Shown here: piece by piece, positions 35,588 through 46,698 of the stretch
Layout: each line of letters starts with the position of its first letter
Numbering within the stretch: position 1 is the first letter of the stretch
Virus record (IMG/VR): IMGVR_UViG_3300008266_000015
Direction: 5' to 3' (one strand)
Origin: a virus
Length of the DNA stretch: 64,000 nt
Translations under genes and position numbers: made by a program
The notes under the pieces: generated by a model
Told to the model about the DNA's origin: nothing
Seen by the model: only the letters and a program-made list of their open reading frames with translations
Database searches by the model: none

Positions 35588-36403
35588 ATGGCTGGTAATA
35601 AACTTCCCTTATTAATAATTAATTCCTCCCAAAAACTAATCAATCAATTAGTTCCAACTATTACTCAGATAATTACAGAGACAGGAATTAAAAATATAGG
35701 GCAACCTAATATGGAAATGCCTACTACGTGTTTATCCAAAAATGAATTAAATTCAATCTTACAATTGAGAAATAATATGGTTGATCAATTAAATTCAATT
35801 TCTAGAACAATAGAAACTTTAAGTAAACCAATAGATACATTAAATACAGTTGTTACAACAACTTCTACAATATTAGATGCTACTAAAACTGCACGTACTG
35901 CTGCTAATGTAGCTTTAAGTTTTATCCCTTTAGCCCCAGGAGCTGCTCCTGCAGCAATTAATGTTTTAGGAGATCTAATTAATGTTTTAGATCCAAATAT
36001 CCAAACAGCAAAAAATAAGATATCTTCTATATCTGAAGCATTAGATTATGCTAATGATAAAATATTTAAATTACTTAATTTATTAAAATCAATAGATTTA
36101 TATTTAACTAGATGTGGAATACCATCTTCAGATTTATCTAATACTAGTGAATATGTAAATAGAATAGATCAACAATATACTCAAGTTCAAGAATCTCCAA
36201 CATCTTCACAAGTATATAATGGATTTACTTTAGATATTGTTGAAGAACAATTTTCTCCTACTATAAAAAGAATAAAAGGAGTGGCTAGAAATTCTCAAGG
36301 TATTATATTATTACAAACACCACTTTCATTTACAACATCCACTCAAGTATTAATTGCAGAACTTAAACTAATTATCGATAGAAGTAATTTAAAAGCCTAT
36401 TGA
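35588..36403 (+). CDS. Helical structural-module protein
   Basis: Coupled within the operon. Confidence 0.65.
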   Translation: MAGNKLPLLIINSSQKLINQLVPTITQIITETGIKNIGQPNMEMPTTCLSKNELNSILQLRNNMVDQLNSISRTIETLSKPIDTLNTVVTTTSTILDATKTARTAANVALSFIPLAPGAAPAAINVLGDLINVLDPNIQTAKNKISSISEALDYANDKIFKLLNLLKSIDLYLTRCGIPSSDLSNTSEYVNRIDQQYTQVQESPTSSQVYNGFTLDIVEEQFSPTIKRIKGVARNSQGIILLQTPLSFTTSTQVLIAELKLIIDRSNLKAY

Positions 36404-36420
36404 TTAAATATTTATAACAA

Positions 36421-36768
36421 ATGAAAACAGACATTTTTAAAAAACTTATTAAAGAAGCAGTCCGTGAAGCAATTCAAGAGGAAATGAAAGATCTTCTTTT
36501 AGAAGCAGTTAGATCAAATAAACAGCCTATAAAAGAATCTTTTGATTCTGAAACTCGTACTTTAAATTTTAATACTAATTCTTTACCACCTAGATCTCCT
36601 ATTGATACTAAAAAAGCATATATGGATATTTTAGGAGAAATGGCTCAAGGGCCTAAATCTGGATTAGAAGGAGAATTCAAAATGCAAGGACCCATAGATC
36701 CAGTAAATGGAGCTCTACCTGATGGACAACTAAGTTTAGATCAAATAATGAATTTAACTAGAAAATAA
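36421..36768 (+). CDS. Hypothetical virion-associated protein
   Basis: FKKLIKEAVREAIQEE leader; late motif upstream. Confidence 0.65.
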   Translation: MKTDIFKKLIKEAVREAIQEEMKDLLLEAVRSNKQPIKESFDSETRTLNFNTNSLPPRSPIDTKKAYMDILGEMAQGPKSGLEGEFKMQGPIDPVNGALPDGQLSLDQIMNLTRK

Positions 36769-37175
36769 TGGCATTTGGTGCAAAAAAAATATTTCCAATA
36801 GATCAAAAACCGGGTACCGCGGTAGGAATTTCTATTCCTTTTAATGCACCTGCAGTATTTTTTTCAACTTATACCACTAAAGATGCTATTCGAAATAATT
36901 TATTAAATTTTTTCTTAACTAATAAAACAGAAAGATATTTAAATAATAATTTTGGTGCTAATTTAAGAGCATTTATTTTTGAACAGATAACCTCTGGTAA
37001 TTTAGATTTTTTAAAACAAGATATTCAGCAATTAATCAGTCAATATTTTACTAATATAAATGTAGAAAAATTAGATATTTTAGAATATCCTGATGCTAAT
37101 GAAATTAATGTACAATTAACATACAGTATTATTAATACTGGAGTAACTGATCAAGTAGAAATAACGTTTGCATAA
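36768..37175 (+). CDS. Baseplate wedge protein, T4 gp25-like
   Basis: AIRNNLLNFFLTNKTERY..NFGANLRAFIFE. Confidence 0.85.
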   Translation: MAFGAKKIFPIDQKPGTAVGISIPFNAPAVFFSTYTTKDAIRNNLLNFFLTNKTERYLNNNFGANLRAFIFEQITSGNLDFLKQDIQQLISQYFTNINVEKLDILEYPDANEINVQLTYSIINTGVTDQVEITFA

Positions 37176-39025
37176 TGGCCGCTAATAAAAATATAAAATA
37201 CATAAATAAAGATTTTAATGAATATAGAGCAAGTCTAATTGACTATGCTAAAACTTATTTCCCAACCACATACAATGACTTTAGCCCAGCATCTCCAGGA
37301 ATGATGTTTATGGAAATGGCAGCATATGTAGGTGATGTTTTATCTTTTTATTTAGATAATCAAGTTCAAGAAAACTACTTACAATTTGCTCGTCAATCAA
37401 ATAATTTATTTGAATTAGCATATATGTTTGGGTATAAACCAAATGTAACAGGAGTAGCAACCACAAATATAGATTTTTATCAAAAAATACCATCTAAACT
37501 TTCAGGTTCAGTATATGTTCCCGATTTTGATTATGCTTTGTTTATTGACGGAAATGCTACCGCTACTACATCAAATGGTATATCTTTCTTATTATCAGAT
37601 CCAGTAGATTTTTCAGTATCAAGTTCTGGGAATCCAACCGAAGTTACTGTTTATGAAATATCAGGTGGGAATCCTGTGTATTTTTTATTGAAAAAAACAC
37701 GTAAATCAATTTCCTCAACTATCAATACTACTACCTTTTCATTTGGTTCACCTGTTAAATTTTCAACAGTTGAAATAAATGCTTCAAATATGGTAGGTAT
37801 TTTAGATATTGTTGATAGTGAAGGAAATGAATGGTATGAGGTAGATTATTTAGGTCAAGAAATGGTTTATGATTCTATTAAAAATACAAATGTTAATGAT
37901 CCTAATTTATCTCAATATAGTGAAGATACTCCATATCTTTTAAAATTAAAAAAAGTACAATATAGGTTTGCTACTCGTTTTAGAAATTCAACAACATTAC
38001 AAATTCAATTTGGAGCAGGTACAACAGCTGATGTAGATGAAAACATAGTTCCAAATCCTGATAATGTAGGTATTGGTTTACCATTTGAACAAACCAAACT
38101 TACTACAGCATATGCTCCTTCAAACTTTTTATTTACTGATACTTATGGTATTGCACCATCAAATACAACATTAACAGTTAGGTATTTAACAGGTGGAGGA
38201 GTAACAGCAAATGTATCATCAAACACTTTAACTAAGTTAAATGGAACTGTTAAGTTTTTAAATTCAAATTTAAATCCAACTACAGCAAATGATATTTTTG
38301 CCTCATTAGCAATTACAAATCCTGAAGCAGCAAATGGTGGAGGAGATGGAGATACAATTGAAGAAATTAGACAAAATTCTTCTGCAAATTTTGCTACTCA
38401 ATTACGTAACGTAACTCAAGATGATTACTTAGTAAGAGCATTAAGTATGCCTGCTAAATATGGAAATATTTCAAAAGCATATATTGAACCAACTAAAGCT
38501 CAAAGCGCAGCATCAGGTGAATCTGCTGGTATTTTAGATTTATATGTTTTAACAACTGATTTAAATGGTAAATTAAATACTGCTTCGGTTGCTTTAAAAC
38601 AAAATCTAATTACATATCTTTCTCAATATAGAATGATTAATGATGCTATCAATATTAAAGATGGATTTATTATCAATATAGGAATAGATTTTGATATTAT
38701 TATACTTCCTAACTATAATAGTAATGAAGTATTAACAGCATGTATTTCAGCTTTACAATCATATTTTGCTATTTCAAAATGGCAGATAAACCAACCAATT
38801 ATATTAAGAGAAATTTATATTCTTTTAGATAAAATTGAAGGTGTCCAAACCGTTAAAACTATTAATATTTCAAATAAAGTAGGAACAAATTTAGGATACT
38901 CAGAATATGCATACGATATTTCTGGAGCAACTAAAAATAATGTAGTTTATCCTTCATTAGATCCTATGATTTTTGAAATAAAATATCCACAAACAGACAT
39001 TCAGGGTAGAGTAGTATCCTTATAA
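37175..39025 (+). CDS. Baseplate wedge protein, T4 gp6/baseplate J-like
   Basis: KDFNEYR..L, MAAYVGDVLSFY, LAYMFGYKP and GGGDGDTIEEIRQN...QLRNVTQDDY. Confidence 0.85.
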   Translation: MAANKNIKYINKDFNEYRASLIDYAKTYFPTTYNDFSPASPGMMFMEMAAYVGDVLSFYLDNQVQENYLQFARQSNNLFELAYMFGYKPNVTGVATTNIDFYQKIPSKLSGSVYVPDFDYALFIDGNATATTSNGISFLLSDPVDFSVSSSGNPTEVTVYEISGGNPVYFLLKKTRKSISSTINTTTFSFGSPVKFSTVEINASNMVGILDIVDSEGNEWYEVDYLGQEMVYDSIKNTNVNDPNLSQYSEDTPYLLKLKKVQYRFATRFRNSTTLQIQFGAGTTADVDENIVPNPDNVGIGLPFEQTKLTTAYAPSNFLFTDTYGIAPSNTTLTVRYLTGGGVTANVSSNTLTKLNGTVKFLNSNLNPTTANDIFASLAITNPEAANGGGDGDTIEEIRQNSSANFATQLRNVTQDDYLVRALSMPAKYGNISKAYIEPTKAQSAASGESAGILDLYVLTTDLNGKLNTASVALKQNLITYLSQYRMINDAINIKDGFIINIGIDFDIIILPNYNSNEVLTACISALQSYFAISKWQINQPIILREIYILLDKIEGVQTVKTINISNKVGTNLGYSEYAYDISGATKNNVVYPSLDPMIFEIKYPQTDIQGRVVSL

Positions 39026-39033
39026 AATAAACC

Positions 39034-40146
39034 ATGGCAGTATATAAAATATTCCCGACTCAAGATACAACATTGTATTCTCTATATCCTGAAATGAATA
39101 CAGGATTAGATGAAATTTTAGAATCTTCTTTAGAAGTAGGAAATTATGGAACACCTTCTCCTCAAGCAAGTCGTTTTTTAATTCAATTTGATTCAAATGA
39201 AATAATAAATATCATTAATGATAAAATTTCTGGATCTCAATGGCAATCTAATTTAAAATGTTTTGTTGCTAATGTTACTGCTTTAAATTCAGACACTACA
39301 ATAGAAGTATACCCAATTTCTCAATCTTGGAATATGGGTACAGGAAGATATGAATATTCTCCAGAAGTACAAAATGGAGCAAGCTGGATTTGGAGAGATT
39401 ATAAAGGTGGTATTCGGTGGACTACTAGTTCATTTGCCCCGGGTTCAACTGGTTCATATTCTTCATCAGTAGATCCAGGAGGAGCTACATGGTATGTAAC
39501 TCAATCATTAAGTGGTTCTCAAACATTTGGATATTACACAGATAAAGATATTAATGTTGATACTACAAATATAGTTAATGCTTGGTATAGTTCTTCTATT
39601 GAAAATAATGGTTTTATAGTTAAACAAGAAACTGAATTTATTGATAGTGAAGATGTTCAACCTAAAATGAAATATTTTTCTATTGATACTCATACTATTT
39701 ATCCTCCATGTTTAGAATTTAAATGGATAGATACTACTTTTAATACAGGTTCTTCAACTTTATCTACAATCAATATTCAACCATTTGTAGTTACAATCGG
39801 TGAAAACTCAGGATATTTTTATCCTGATAGTATCAATGAATTTAGAGTATATTCAAGACCTGAATACCCAGCTCGAGTATTTTCAACTTCTTCTTATTTC
39901 ACTCAAAATTTCTATTTACCTGATAATTCATATTATGCTATAAAAGATTTAGATACAGATGAATATGTGGTTGATTTTGATGTAACATATACTCAATTAA
40001 GTAAAGATGAAACAAGTAGTTTTTTTACTTTATATATGAAAGGATTACAACCTGAAAGATATTATAAGATCTTAATTAAAACTACAATAGATGGAAGTAC
40101 AGTAGTATTAGATAACTATTATTATTTTAAAATTATTAATGGATAA
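39034..40146 (+). CDS. Virion structural protein with a DNRLRE-like beta domain
   Basis: IFPTQDTTLYS, SRFLIQFD, SQSWNMG, NNGFIVK and YPPCLE. Confidence 0.55.
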   Translation: MAVYKIFPTQDTTLYSLYPEMNTGLDEILESSLEVGNYGTPSPQASRFLIQFDSNEIINIINDKISGSQWQSNLKCFVANVTALNSDTTIEVYPISQSWNMGTGRYEYSPEVQNGASWIWRDYKGGIRWTTSSFAPGSTGSYSSSVDPGGATWYVTQSLSGSQTFGYYTDKDINVDTTNIVNAWYSSSIENNGFIVKQETEFIDSEDVQPKMKYFSIDTHTIYPPCLEFKWIDTTFNTGSSTLSTINIQPFVVTIGENSGYFYPDSINEFRVYSRPEYPARVFSTSSYFTQNFYLPDNSYYAIKDLDTDEYVVDFDVTYTQLSKDETSSFFTLYMKGLQPERYYKILIKTTIDGSTVVLDNYYYFKIING

Positions 40147-40502
40147 TGGAGAAGTTAAATCTAAATAAAAAAGTATATGCTAAAAACCAATATGAGAAAG
40201 TTATAGATACTAAATTTTCTCAATTAGCTACTTCTCCTCCTCCAAATGCACCCCCACCACCTTCTATTTCTATAGATGAATTTTTTCAAAATTATAATGA
40301 TATATTTTTCCAAATACCTAAACTTGGAGCTACCAATTCTCATGAATATCTTATAAGAACAAGCTCTGAGTATATTGATGCTGATACTGTAAATAATGAT
40401 CTCCAGGCTCTAATTGATGAAATTAATGTACTTCAACAACAAAATTTAGAACTTAACCAACAAATAGCTAACCTAGCAATTTCAAGCTCACAACAAGTCT
40501 AA
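40146..40502 (+). CDS. Structural-module protein with a C-terminal coiled coil
   Basis: Coupled ORF. Confidence 0.65.
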   Translation: MEKLNLNKKVYAKNQYEKVIDTKFSQLATSPPPNAPPPPSISIDEFFQNYNDIFFQIPKLGATNSHEYLIRTSSEYIDADTVNNDLQALIDEINVLQQQNLELNQQIANLAISSSQQV

Positions 40503-42817
40503 TGGAAAAAATAGTTAATATACAAAATGTAGACCCAAATACACTCCAGCTGCAAGGTTACTCCCCAACAGATGAATCTCTTATATCTAATTTTACAACA
40601 GATATTACCTTCAATCCATCAGAAGACTATTTAGAATATTTTATTTTAGATTTAAACCAAAATATTTTATTTGGTAATACTGCTGGATATCCTGGTTATC
40701 AAATTCAAGATAATAATATAGTAATTGATCCTCAAACAGATTTAGAATCACAAGGATTTGAAGAGGGACAATATTATACAATATATAATTTTTTAAAACG
40801 AAAATTATCTTCTTCCCCAAATAGTACCTTATATATACAAAGTATAAGTACTGATAGAACAGAATTAAGATTAAATACTACCACTATATCTGATATAGAT
40901 ATAGTAGATTTAACAGTCCAATTTGCAGCCCAAATTGCTAATGCTACAGGTTCATATCTTGATTTTTATTTAAACTTTGGAGATAATAAATTAATAATAG
41001 CAAACAATATAGCTTTAGATAATACTAATCCAAGTGATCCTACGGTATTAATCAAACTATACGAACCTTTACCTGACGAATTTACACTCCAATCACAATG
41101 TTGGGTAGTTGAACAAATCGCTGAATCTCAAGCTTATCAAATTGAATTAACAACAGTATTTACTGTTAATGAACAATTAAATTATATTGGTGGTCCAAAT
41201 TTTAATTTAAATGTTCAAGACCAAATTAATAATACTACAACATATCAAAATCAAAATACTTTAAAACAAACAAACTCTACTCAGGGTTCAGGAAGTTTAA
41301 TGTATCAGATTAATAGTATATTGGCTGAAAAAGGAATTGAAATTAATATAGATTACTCAGACTATTCTCAATTTGTGCATTTTTCATCAGCACAAACCCG
41401 ATTAGAAAATTTTTACTATAAATTAGCATTAATTGAAGAATATACCTCCAATAGTAGTCTTTCATCTGGTTCTTCTGAATCATATACTTCGGCTAGTGGA
41501 GAGATATGGAATAATAAGATAAATGAAATTATAACTAATTTTGATGGTTATGAATATTATCTTTATTATGAATCAGGTAGTCATGCTTGGCCAAAAATAA
41601 ATTCTGTAGCCCCATATATAAATTATTCTACTAATGATATAGTATCAATTAACTGGCTTAATCCCCAAATTTCATCTGCTTCGTTTTTCGATTCTGAAAA
41701 TAATGATGCTTTAGTAAATACTATACCTACATATTTAAGAGAAGATTCTACAAACGATCAATATTTGTTGTTCATTCAAATGATAGGACAACATTTTGAT
41801 AATGTATGGGTATATCTAAAAGATATTACTAATAAATTTGATGCGGATAATAGATTAAATTTTGGTATTTCAAAAGATATTGTTGCACAAGCTATTAGAG
41901 ATTTAGGTGTAAGAATTTATCAAAATAATTTTTCATCTACAGATATATATTCAGCATTATTAGGTTTAACTCCTTCTGGAAGCAATTTAAACATCCCATA
42001 TATTACTGGATCCTTACCTACGCCCACAGGATGGGAGTACATAAATCTATTTGTAACAGCGTCTGATCCAAATGTTCTCGAGCCATTAGATGACGTTAAT
42101 AAAGAAATTTATAAACGCATTTATCACAACTTACCTTACTTATTGAAGAAAAAAGGTACACCTGAAAGTTTAAGAATACTTTCCACTATATATGGTGTTC
42201 CTGATACTATTTTTCGTATAAATGAATTTAGTGGTAAAACTACAGCAATTTCAAATAATTATGACAATTTTCAAAATCAATTTAACTATGAATTTTTTAC
42301 TACAAGTTCAGGATATGTTGAAGTCCCATTATTAATTGATACTGGGTCAGGAAATGGTGTATATGGTGCTGCTCATTATGGTCAAGATTATTATAATGGA
42401 GATTCATTTAACGAAGGTTCATCTTCATTTACAGTAGAATTTAGATTTAAAACAACAGGTATTCCTACCGATCCAAATGCATATAACCAGATACTAGCTT
42501 ATTCCCCAGAAAACAACTTTGCATTAGTTTTAGAATACACAGGAACAGGATATACTAGTGGTTCATATAATGGTTCGATTCCTGATCCATATAATGAATA
42601 TGGGTTTTTAAAATTTATAGATTTATCTACAGGTTTAGTTGAAATATTATATTTACCATTTTTCGATGGTGGATGGTGGTCAGTAATGTATACTTTAGGA
42701 GATGAAATAACTCCTATAACAGATTGGATATTGGATTACCTACCTACCCCGGGTAGAGGAGTTTGGGAAGATTTAGGAAAATGGTATGATACTGAAACTT
42801 GGTATGATAATCCTTAA
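40502..42817 (+). CDS. Large baseplate/tail structural protein
   Basis: NTIPTYL, MIGQHFD and YLLKKKGT..SL..L..IYG (tail protein I/wedge-like); start of a LamG-like domain. Confidence 0.65.
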   Translation: MEKIVNIQNVDPNTLQLQGYSPTDESLISNFTTDITFNPSEDYLEYFILDLNQNILFGNTAGYPGYQIQDNNIVIDPQTDLESQGFEEGQYYTIYNFLKRKLSSSPNSTLYIQSISTDRTELRLNTTTISDIDIVDLTVQFAAQIANATGSYLDFYLNFGDNKLIIANNIALDNTNPSDPTVLIKLYEPLPDEFTLQSQCWVVEQIAESQAYQIELTTVFTVNEQLNYIGGPNFNLNVQDQINNTTTYQNQNTLKQTNSTQGSGSLMYQINSILAEKGIEINIDYSDYSQFVHFSSAQTRLENFYYKLALIEEYTSNSSLSSGSSESYTSASGEIWNNKINEIITNFDGYEYYLYYESGSHAWPKINSVAPYINYSTNDIVSINWLNPQISSASFFDSENNDALVNTIPTYLREDSTNDQYLLFIQMIGQHFDNVWVYLKDITNKFDADNRLNFGISKDIVAQAIRDLGVRIYQNNFSSTDIYSALLGLTPSGSNLNIPYITGSLPTPTGWEYINLFVTASDPNVLEPLDDVNKEIYKRIYHNLPYLLKKKGTPESLRILSTIYGVPDTIFRINEFSGKTTAISNNYDNFQNQFNYEFFTTSSGYVEVPLLIDTGSGNGVYGAAHYGQDYYNGDSFNEGSSSFTVEFRFKTTGIPTDPNAYNQILAYSPENNFALVLEYTGTGYTSGSYNGSIPDPYNEYGFLKFIDLSTGLVEILYLPFFDGGWWSVMYTLGDEITPITDWILDYLPTPGRGVWEDLGKWYDTETWYDNP

Positions 42818-42839
42818 TTTAAAATATTTATAACAAAAA

Positions 42840-43874
42840 ATGGGGAGTTTATACGCTAAAAATAAAATTTATACTGGATATGATGGAAATAAGATAGGAT
42901 TTCAAGCATCATCTAGTGTATCTTCTTCTGTATTTGCTATGGTAAGAAGTGGAAGTTTTTTTCTTTCTTATCCTACTAATTTAACATTAGAAGGAACAAC
43001 ATATATTCCCTTTTCTGGTTCATTTCAAGAATTACGTTTTTATAAAACCAATTTAAGTGAAAGTAAGTTTGATGATTATGTAATGAATCCATATTCAATT
43101 GAAGGAAACCAATTAATTGGAAATCAAAGTTCTTTAAAAGCATTAGTATTTAGAGCCCCATTAGGAACAATGTTGGATAGTGGATCTGATACCATAAGAA
43201 CCTCAATCCATCCGGGAATATCTACTATTCCACCCCGCCCAACATTTAGAACTATAGCTGCTACAAGTAGCTTATATACATTAAATGGTATATATTCATT
43301 CCCTTCTCAAACTGAAATCATATATCAAGATCAATTCTCCTCAGGTGTTAAAAATGCAGTAACTGAAAAAATTAGGATAATAGATCAAACACTTCCAACT
43401 GGAAGTACATTATCTCAATATATTTCTATTCAACAGGATTTCTTAATGGATGAAAACTTCAGTAAAGATATTAATTATGTTGAAGCAGGTTTTTCACCAC
43501 AAGATGAAATTAACGATGATATTATAGAACAGCTTGGCTCATTCAATATAGGTAATTATATTGGTGATCCAAGACAAATATCTTCATCATTAACATATTA
43601 TCCTGATTTTAACATATTAAGAGATAGTTATTTTTCTAAGTATATCCACAATTATGATATATGGGATTATATAAGATTAATTAAATTTTATGATAATTCA
43701 TTATTTAAGATGATTCAAGATTTTACACCTTCACGCGCTGGTTTAGCAACAGGAATTATTATTAAACAGACATTATTAGAAAGAAATAGATATCCATTAC
43801 CTCAAGCTACAACAAATAGCGAAATAACATTTGTAGGTAGCCCAACAACAAAAACATTAAATATACCGTATTAA
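42840..43874 (+). CDS. Structural protein, apparent continuation of 40502-42817
   Basis: FSGSFQELRFY (LamG C-terminal strand); DFTPSRA...LLERNR. Confidence 0.6.
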   Translation: MGSLYAKNKIYTGYDGNKIGFQASSSVSSSVFAMVRSGSFFLSYPTNLTLEGTTYIPFSGSFQELRFYKTNLSESKFDDYVMNPYSIEGNQLIGNQSSLKALVFRAPLGTMLDSGSDTIRTSIHPGISTIPPRPTFRTIAATSSLYTLNGIYSFPSQTEIIYQDQFSSGVKNAVTEKIRIIDQTLPTGSTLSQYISIQQDFLMDENFSKDINYVEAGFSPQDEINDDIIEQLGSFNIGNYIGDPRQISSSLTYYPDFNILRDSYFSKYIHNYDIWDYIRLIKFYDNSLFKMIQDFTPSRAGLATGIIIKQTLLERNRYPLPQATTNSEITFVGSPTTKTLNIPY

Positions 43875-46660
43875 TGGCTTTAAAAGATATTACAATAACA
43901 GGTTCAATAGGTAGCTATCCTACTCTATCATACGGGCAAAAAACTTATATTTCATCAACAGATGAAGAATCATTTCCGATAGAACATTTTACTGGAAGCG
44001 CTGGGGGAGCAACTCCTAATTTTAATGGTCAATATTCAACAACAGATTTATTTGTTAACATTACTCAATCATGGAGTGGTTCAACAAATACTCAAGTTGG
44101 CATTGTTGATTTTGTTCATGATACTCAAGAAGAATTCATTAATGGAGAATATAGTGGTTCAGGTATAGAGGTAACTCATCAAAGATTAATTGGGGAGGAT
44201 TGTATTCAACTCTTAAATGTTAGTACTGTTCCTGTAAATTATAAACCTTTCTTTTATGTAGCTATAAACACTAACCCATTTAATCCTCCTGATCCTAGTT
44301 ATGGAACTACAATAAATAATTTTTTAAATTTTAACACATCTCCAAACTCGGGGGAAGTATACTTACTTAGCATACAATATGTAATACAAAAACCTGGAGG
44401 AGGATTTTCTAATATTAGAAAAGTTACTCATATTAAAGTTAATAGATTTGATGATCAAGGAGATGATAATACTTTATCTTTACAAGAATTAAATTCATTA
44501 AGAATATTATTTAGTGATTTAGGACCAGTTGATTTTCCAATACTATCAATTACCGAATATCCAACATATTATTTATATACAACTGATAAAACATTACCTT
44601 ATAGTGCTACTAGCTCAATAGATAATAATGTATTAGATTTTAGTTTTAGTGCATCTGTAGCTTCATTAGTTGTAATTGATGGGCCTGCGATTCAATATGT
44701 AAATAATTATAATTTAAATACTGATCCACAAAACGCCTTCGATCCAATTTCAGGTATATATATTACTAAAAATACACCTAATGTTGTATTAACATATACT
44801 GCTTCATTCACTGCTAGTTACTCAACTGGAGGAACTTTTGCAGAAAAATTATTTGTTATAAGTAATCTTATAAATCCAGGTTTTAGTACAAGTAATATAA
44901 ATTTAGGAGCAAATACTTTTAGTGGAACATTTAATGCAATAGAAAATATATCACAATGTCAAGCTGCATTTTCATTTGAAAGAGTAACAGGAGCAGGTAA
45001 TCTTACAATTACTGATTTTCAATGGCAGTTCACCCAATCCGTAGCTCCTAGTTCTTCAACTAATCTAACAGTTTTAAGTCCATATTTATTTGAAAATTTT
45101 GAATATAGTGATTGTAATGCTTTATTTAATAATGCTACTACTTTAGAATTAGACCCAAATTTTTATAAAGTAAATTATGATACTGGATTATTGGTACCTA
45201 CAAATCAACAACAGATTTTAGATGGAACCGCAGAATTCGCACCTGTAAAACCATATAATTATTCACTAAATGCTCAGATTCTTCCAAGATATAATGGTGT
45301 AAAAGTAGTTCAACAAAACAAAAATATCTGGACTTCGGGTGATATTGCTCCTTCAAAAACACCTTCTTTACAATCATTAAGTACATATTTTGCTTATTTT
45401 GAATGGATGGGGGGAACCACACCTGAATTAAAAGATAAATTTGCTGCTAGTCTTAAATATTTAATCAATGAAGACGGGGATGTTTTGACCCCAAATATCT
45501 CAAGTTCATATTATTACAATCTAATAGACAATTTTGAAACAGGCCAAAAAGTAAATGTATCCTTATACTCAGATGTTGGGAGTGTAACAAATGTAGGTGG
45601 TCCCAAATCCATACTAAGAGCAGGAGCTATACCATGGGGTATAATTGCTTCCCAAACAGGAAGTAACCAAAATGTTCAAACTACAATGTCATTTGGAAAT
45701 GAAACCATACCATCAATCCCCGATTACTATTCAGTATTCGGAAAATCAAGTCCCCAACCAATACTAACTGGTGGTACAGAATATATAAGTATAAATACAG
45801 ATATTGTTAATTCCCCAAATACTTCTATTTCTTCTAGTAATTCTATAAAAATAGATTTAAATTCAAATTTAACTACAGTATCATTTAAAGTTACATTAAG
45901 AGCTACTCTTAGCGCGGCTGAACCTAATCCACCATCAACAGCACAGGCATATGTATATCTACAAAAATCTACAGATAGCGGCATAACCTGGACTAATGTA
46001 GCTTCATCTCTGTGGAATTTATCTCCTGGAACTAATAATTCTAAAACATTAAGTTCTCCATTTTCTACTCCATATAGTTCGGATAGATATAGATGTATGG
46101 TAGAAAATGATTCTAATTTTTATGATATAGAAATTAAACATATATCCCCAAATAATACTACATTTACTATAGACCAGAATCCAAGAAATGCTGCAACTAC
46201 TGCATCTTCCGCTCAAGATTACTGGCGTACAGGATCATTATCTAAAAATGTATTGACAGGATCTCAATTTTATACTCTATATAATTCTTCACCACCATTA
46301 GTTCAAAAGAACTATTCTGCTTCTGGATATTTTGATTTCTTACCCTTTACACTACAAATTGGGGATCAAATTAGATTTGAAGGAGATGAAAACCAAACAT
46401 ATGAAATTTATAATATAGATAATAGTGATGTAAGTCAATCTCTTTACTTAACAATAGATAGAAATATTCCTGATGGTACAAATTTAAATTCATTTTTAAT
46501 CCGACGTTATCATCCACATCCTAATTTTATAACATTAGATTGGAATGGTAGTGGATTTACAGGTGGTCCTGGATTTTTATTCCCTGAATATGCTAATAAT
46601 AATCTTACTAAAAACTTTAACAATATAATTGTGAAACTTAAAGAAAAAAACTTAATTTAA
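43874..46660 (+). CDS. Large S/T/N-rich tail/baseplate structural protein
   Basis: 928 aa, beta-rich composition, structural operon context. Confidence 0.6.
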   Translation: MALKDITITGSIGSYPTLSYGQKTYISSTDEESFPIEHFTGSAGGATPNFNGQYSTTDLFVNITQSWSGSTNTQVGIVDFVHDTQEEFINGEYSGSGIEVTHQRLIGEDCIQLLNVSTVPVNYKPFFYVAINTNPFNPPDPSYGTTINNFLNFNTSPNSGEVYLLSIQYVIQKPGGGFSNIRKVTHIKVNRFDDQGDDNTLSLQELNSLRILFSDLGPVDFPILSITEYPTYYLYTTDKTLPYSATSSIDNNVLDFSFSASVASLVVIDGPAIQYVNNYNLNTDPQNAFDPISGIYITKNTPNVVLTYTASFTASYSTGGTFAEKLFVISNLINPGFSTSNINLGANTFSGTFNAIENISQCQAAFSFERVTGAGNLTITDFQWQFTQSVAPSSSTNLTVLSPYLFENFEYSDCNALFNNATTLELDPNFYKVNYDTGLLVPTNQQQILDGTAEFAPVKPYNYSLNAQILPRYNGVKVVQQNKNIWTSGDIAPSKTPSLQSLSTYFAYFEWMGGTTPELKDKFAASLKYLINEDGDVLTPNISSSYYYNLIDNFETGQKVNVSLYSDVGSVTNVGGPKSILRAGAIPWGIIASQTGSNQNVQTTMSFGNETIPSIPDYYSVFGKSSPQPILTGGTEYISINTDIVNSPNTSISSSNSIKIDLNSNLTTVSFKVTLRATLSAAEPNPPSTAQAYVYLQKSTDSGITWTNVASSLWNLSPGTNNSKTLSSPFSTPYSSDRYRCMVENDSNFYDIEIKHISPNNTTFTIDQNPRNAATTASSAQDYWRTGSLSKNVLTGSQFYTLYNSSPPLVQKNYSASGYFDFLPFTLQIGDQIRFEGDENQTYEIYNIDNSDVSQSLYLTIDRNIPDGTNLNSFLIRRYHPHPNFITLDWNGSGFTGGPGFLFPEYANNNLTKNFNNIIVKLKEKNLI

Positions 46661-46698
46661 ATAAAAATATAACTTAATAATATTTATAATAAAAAATA

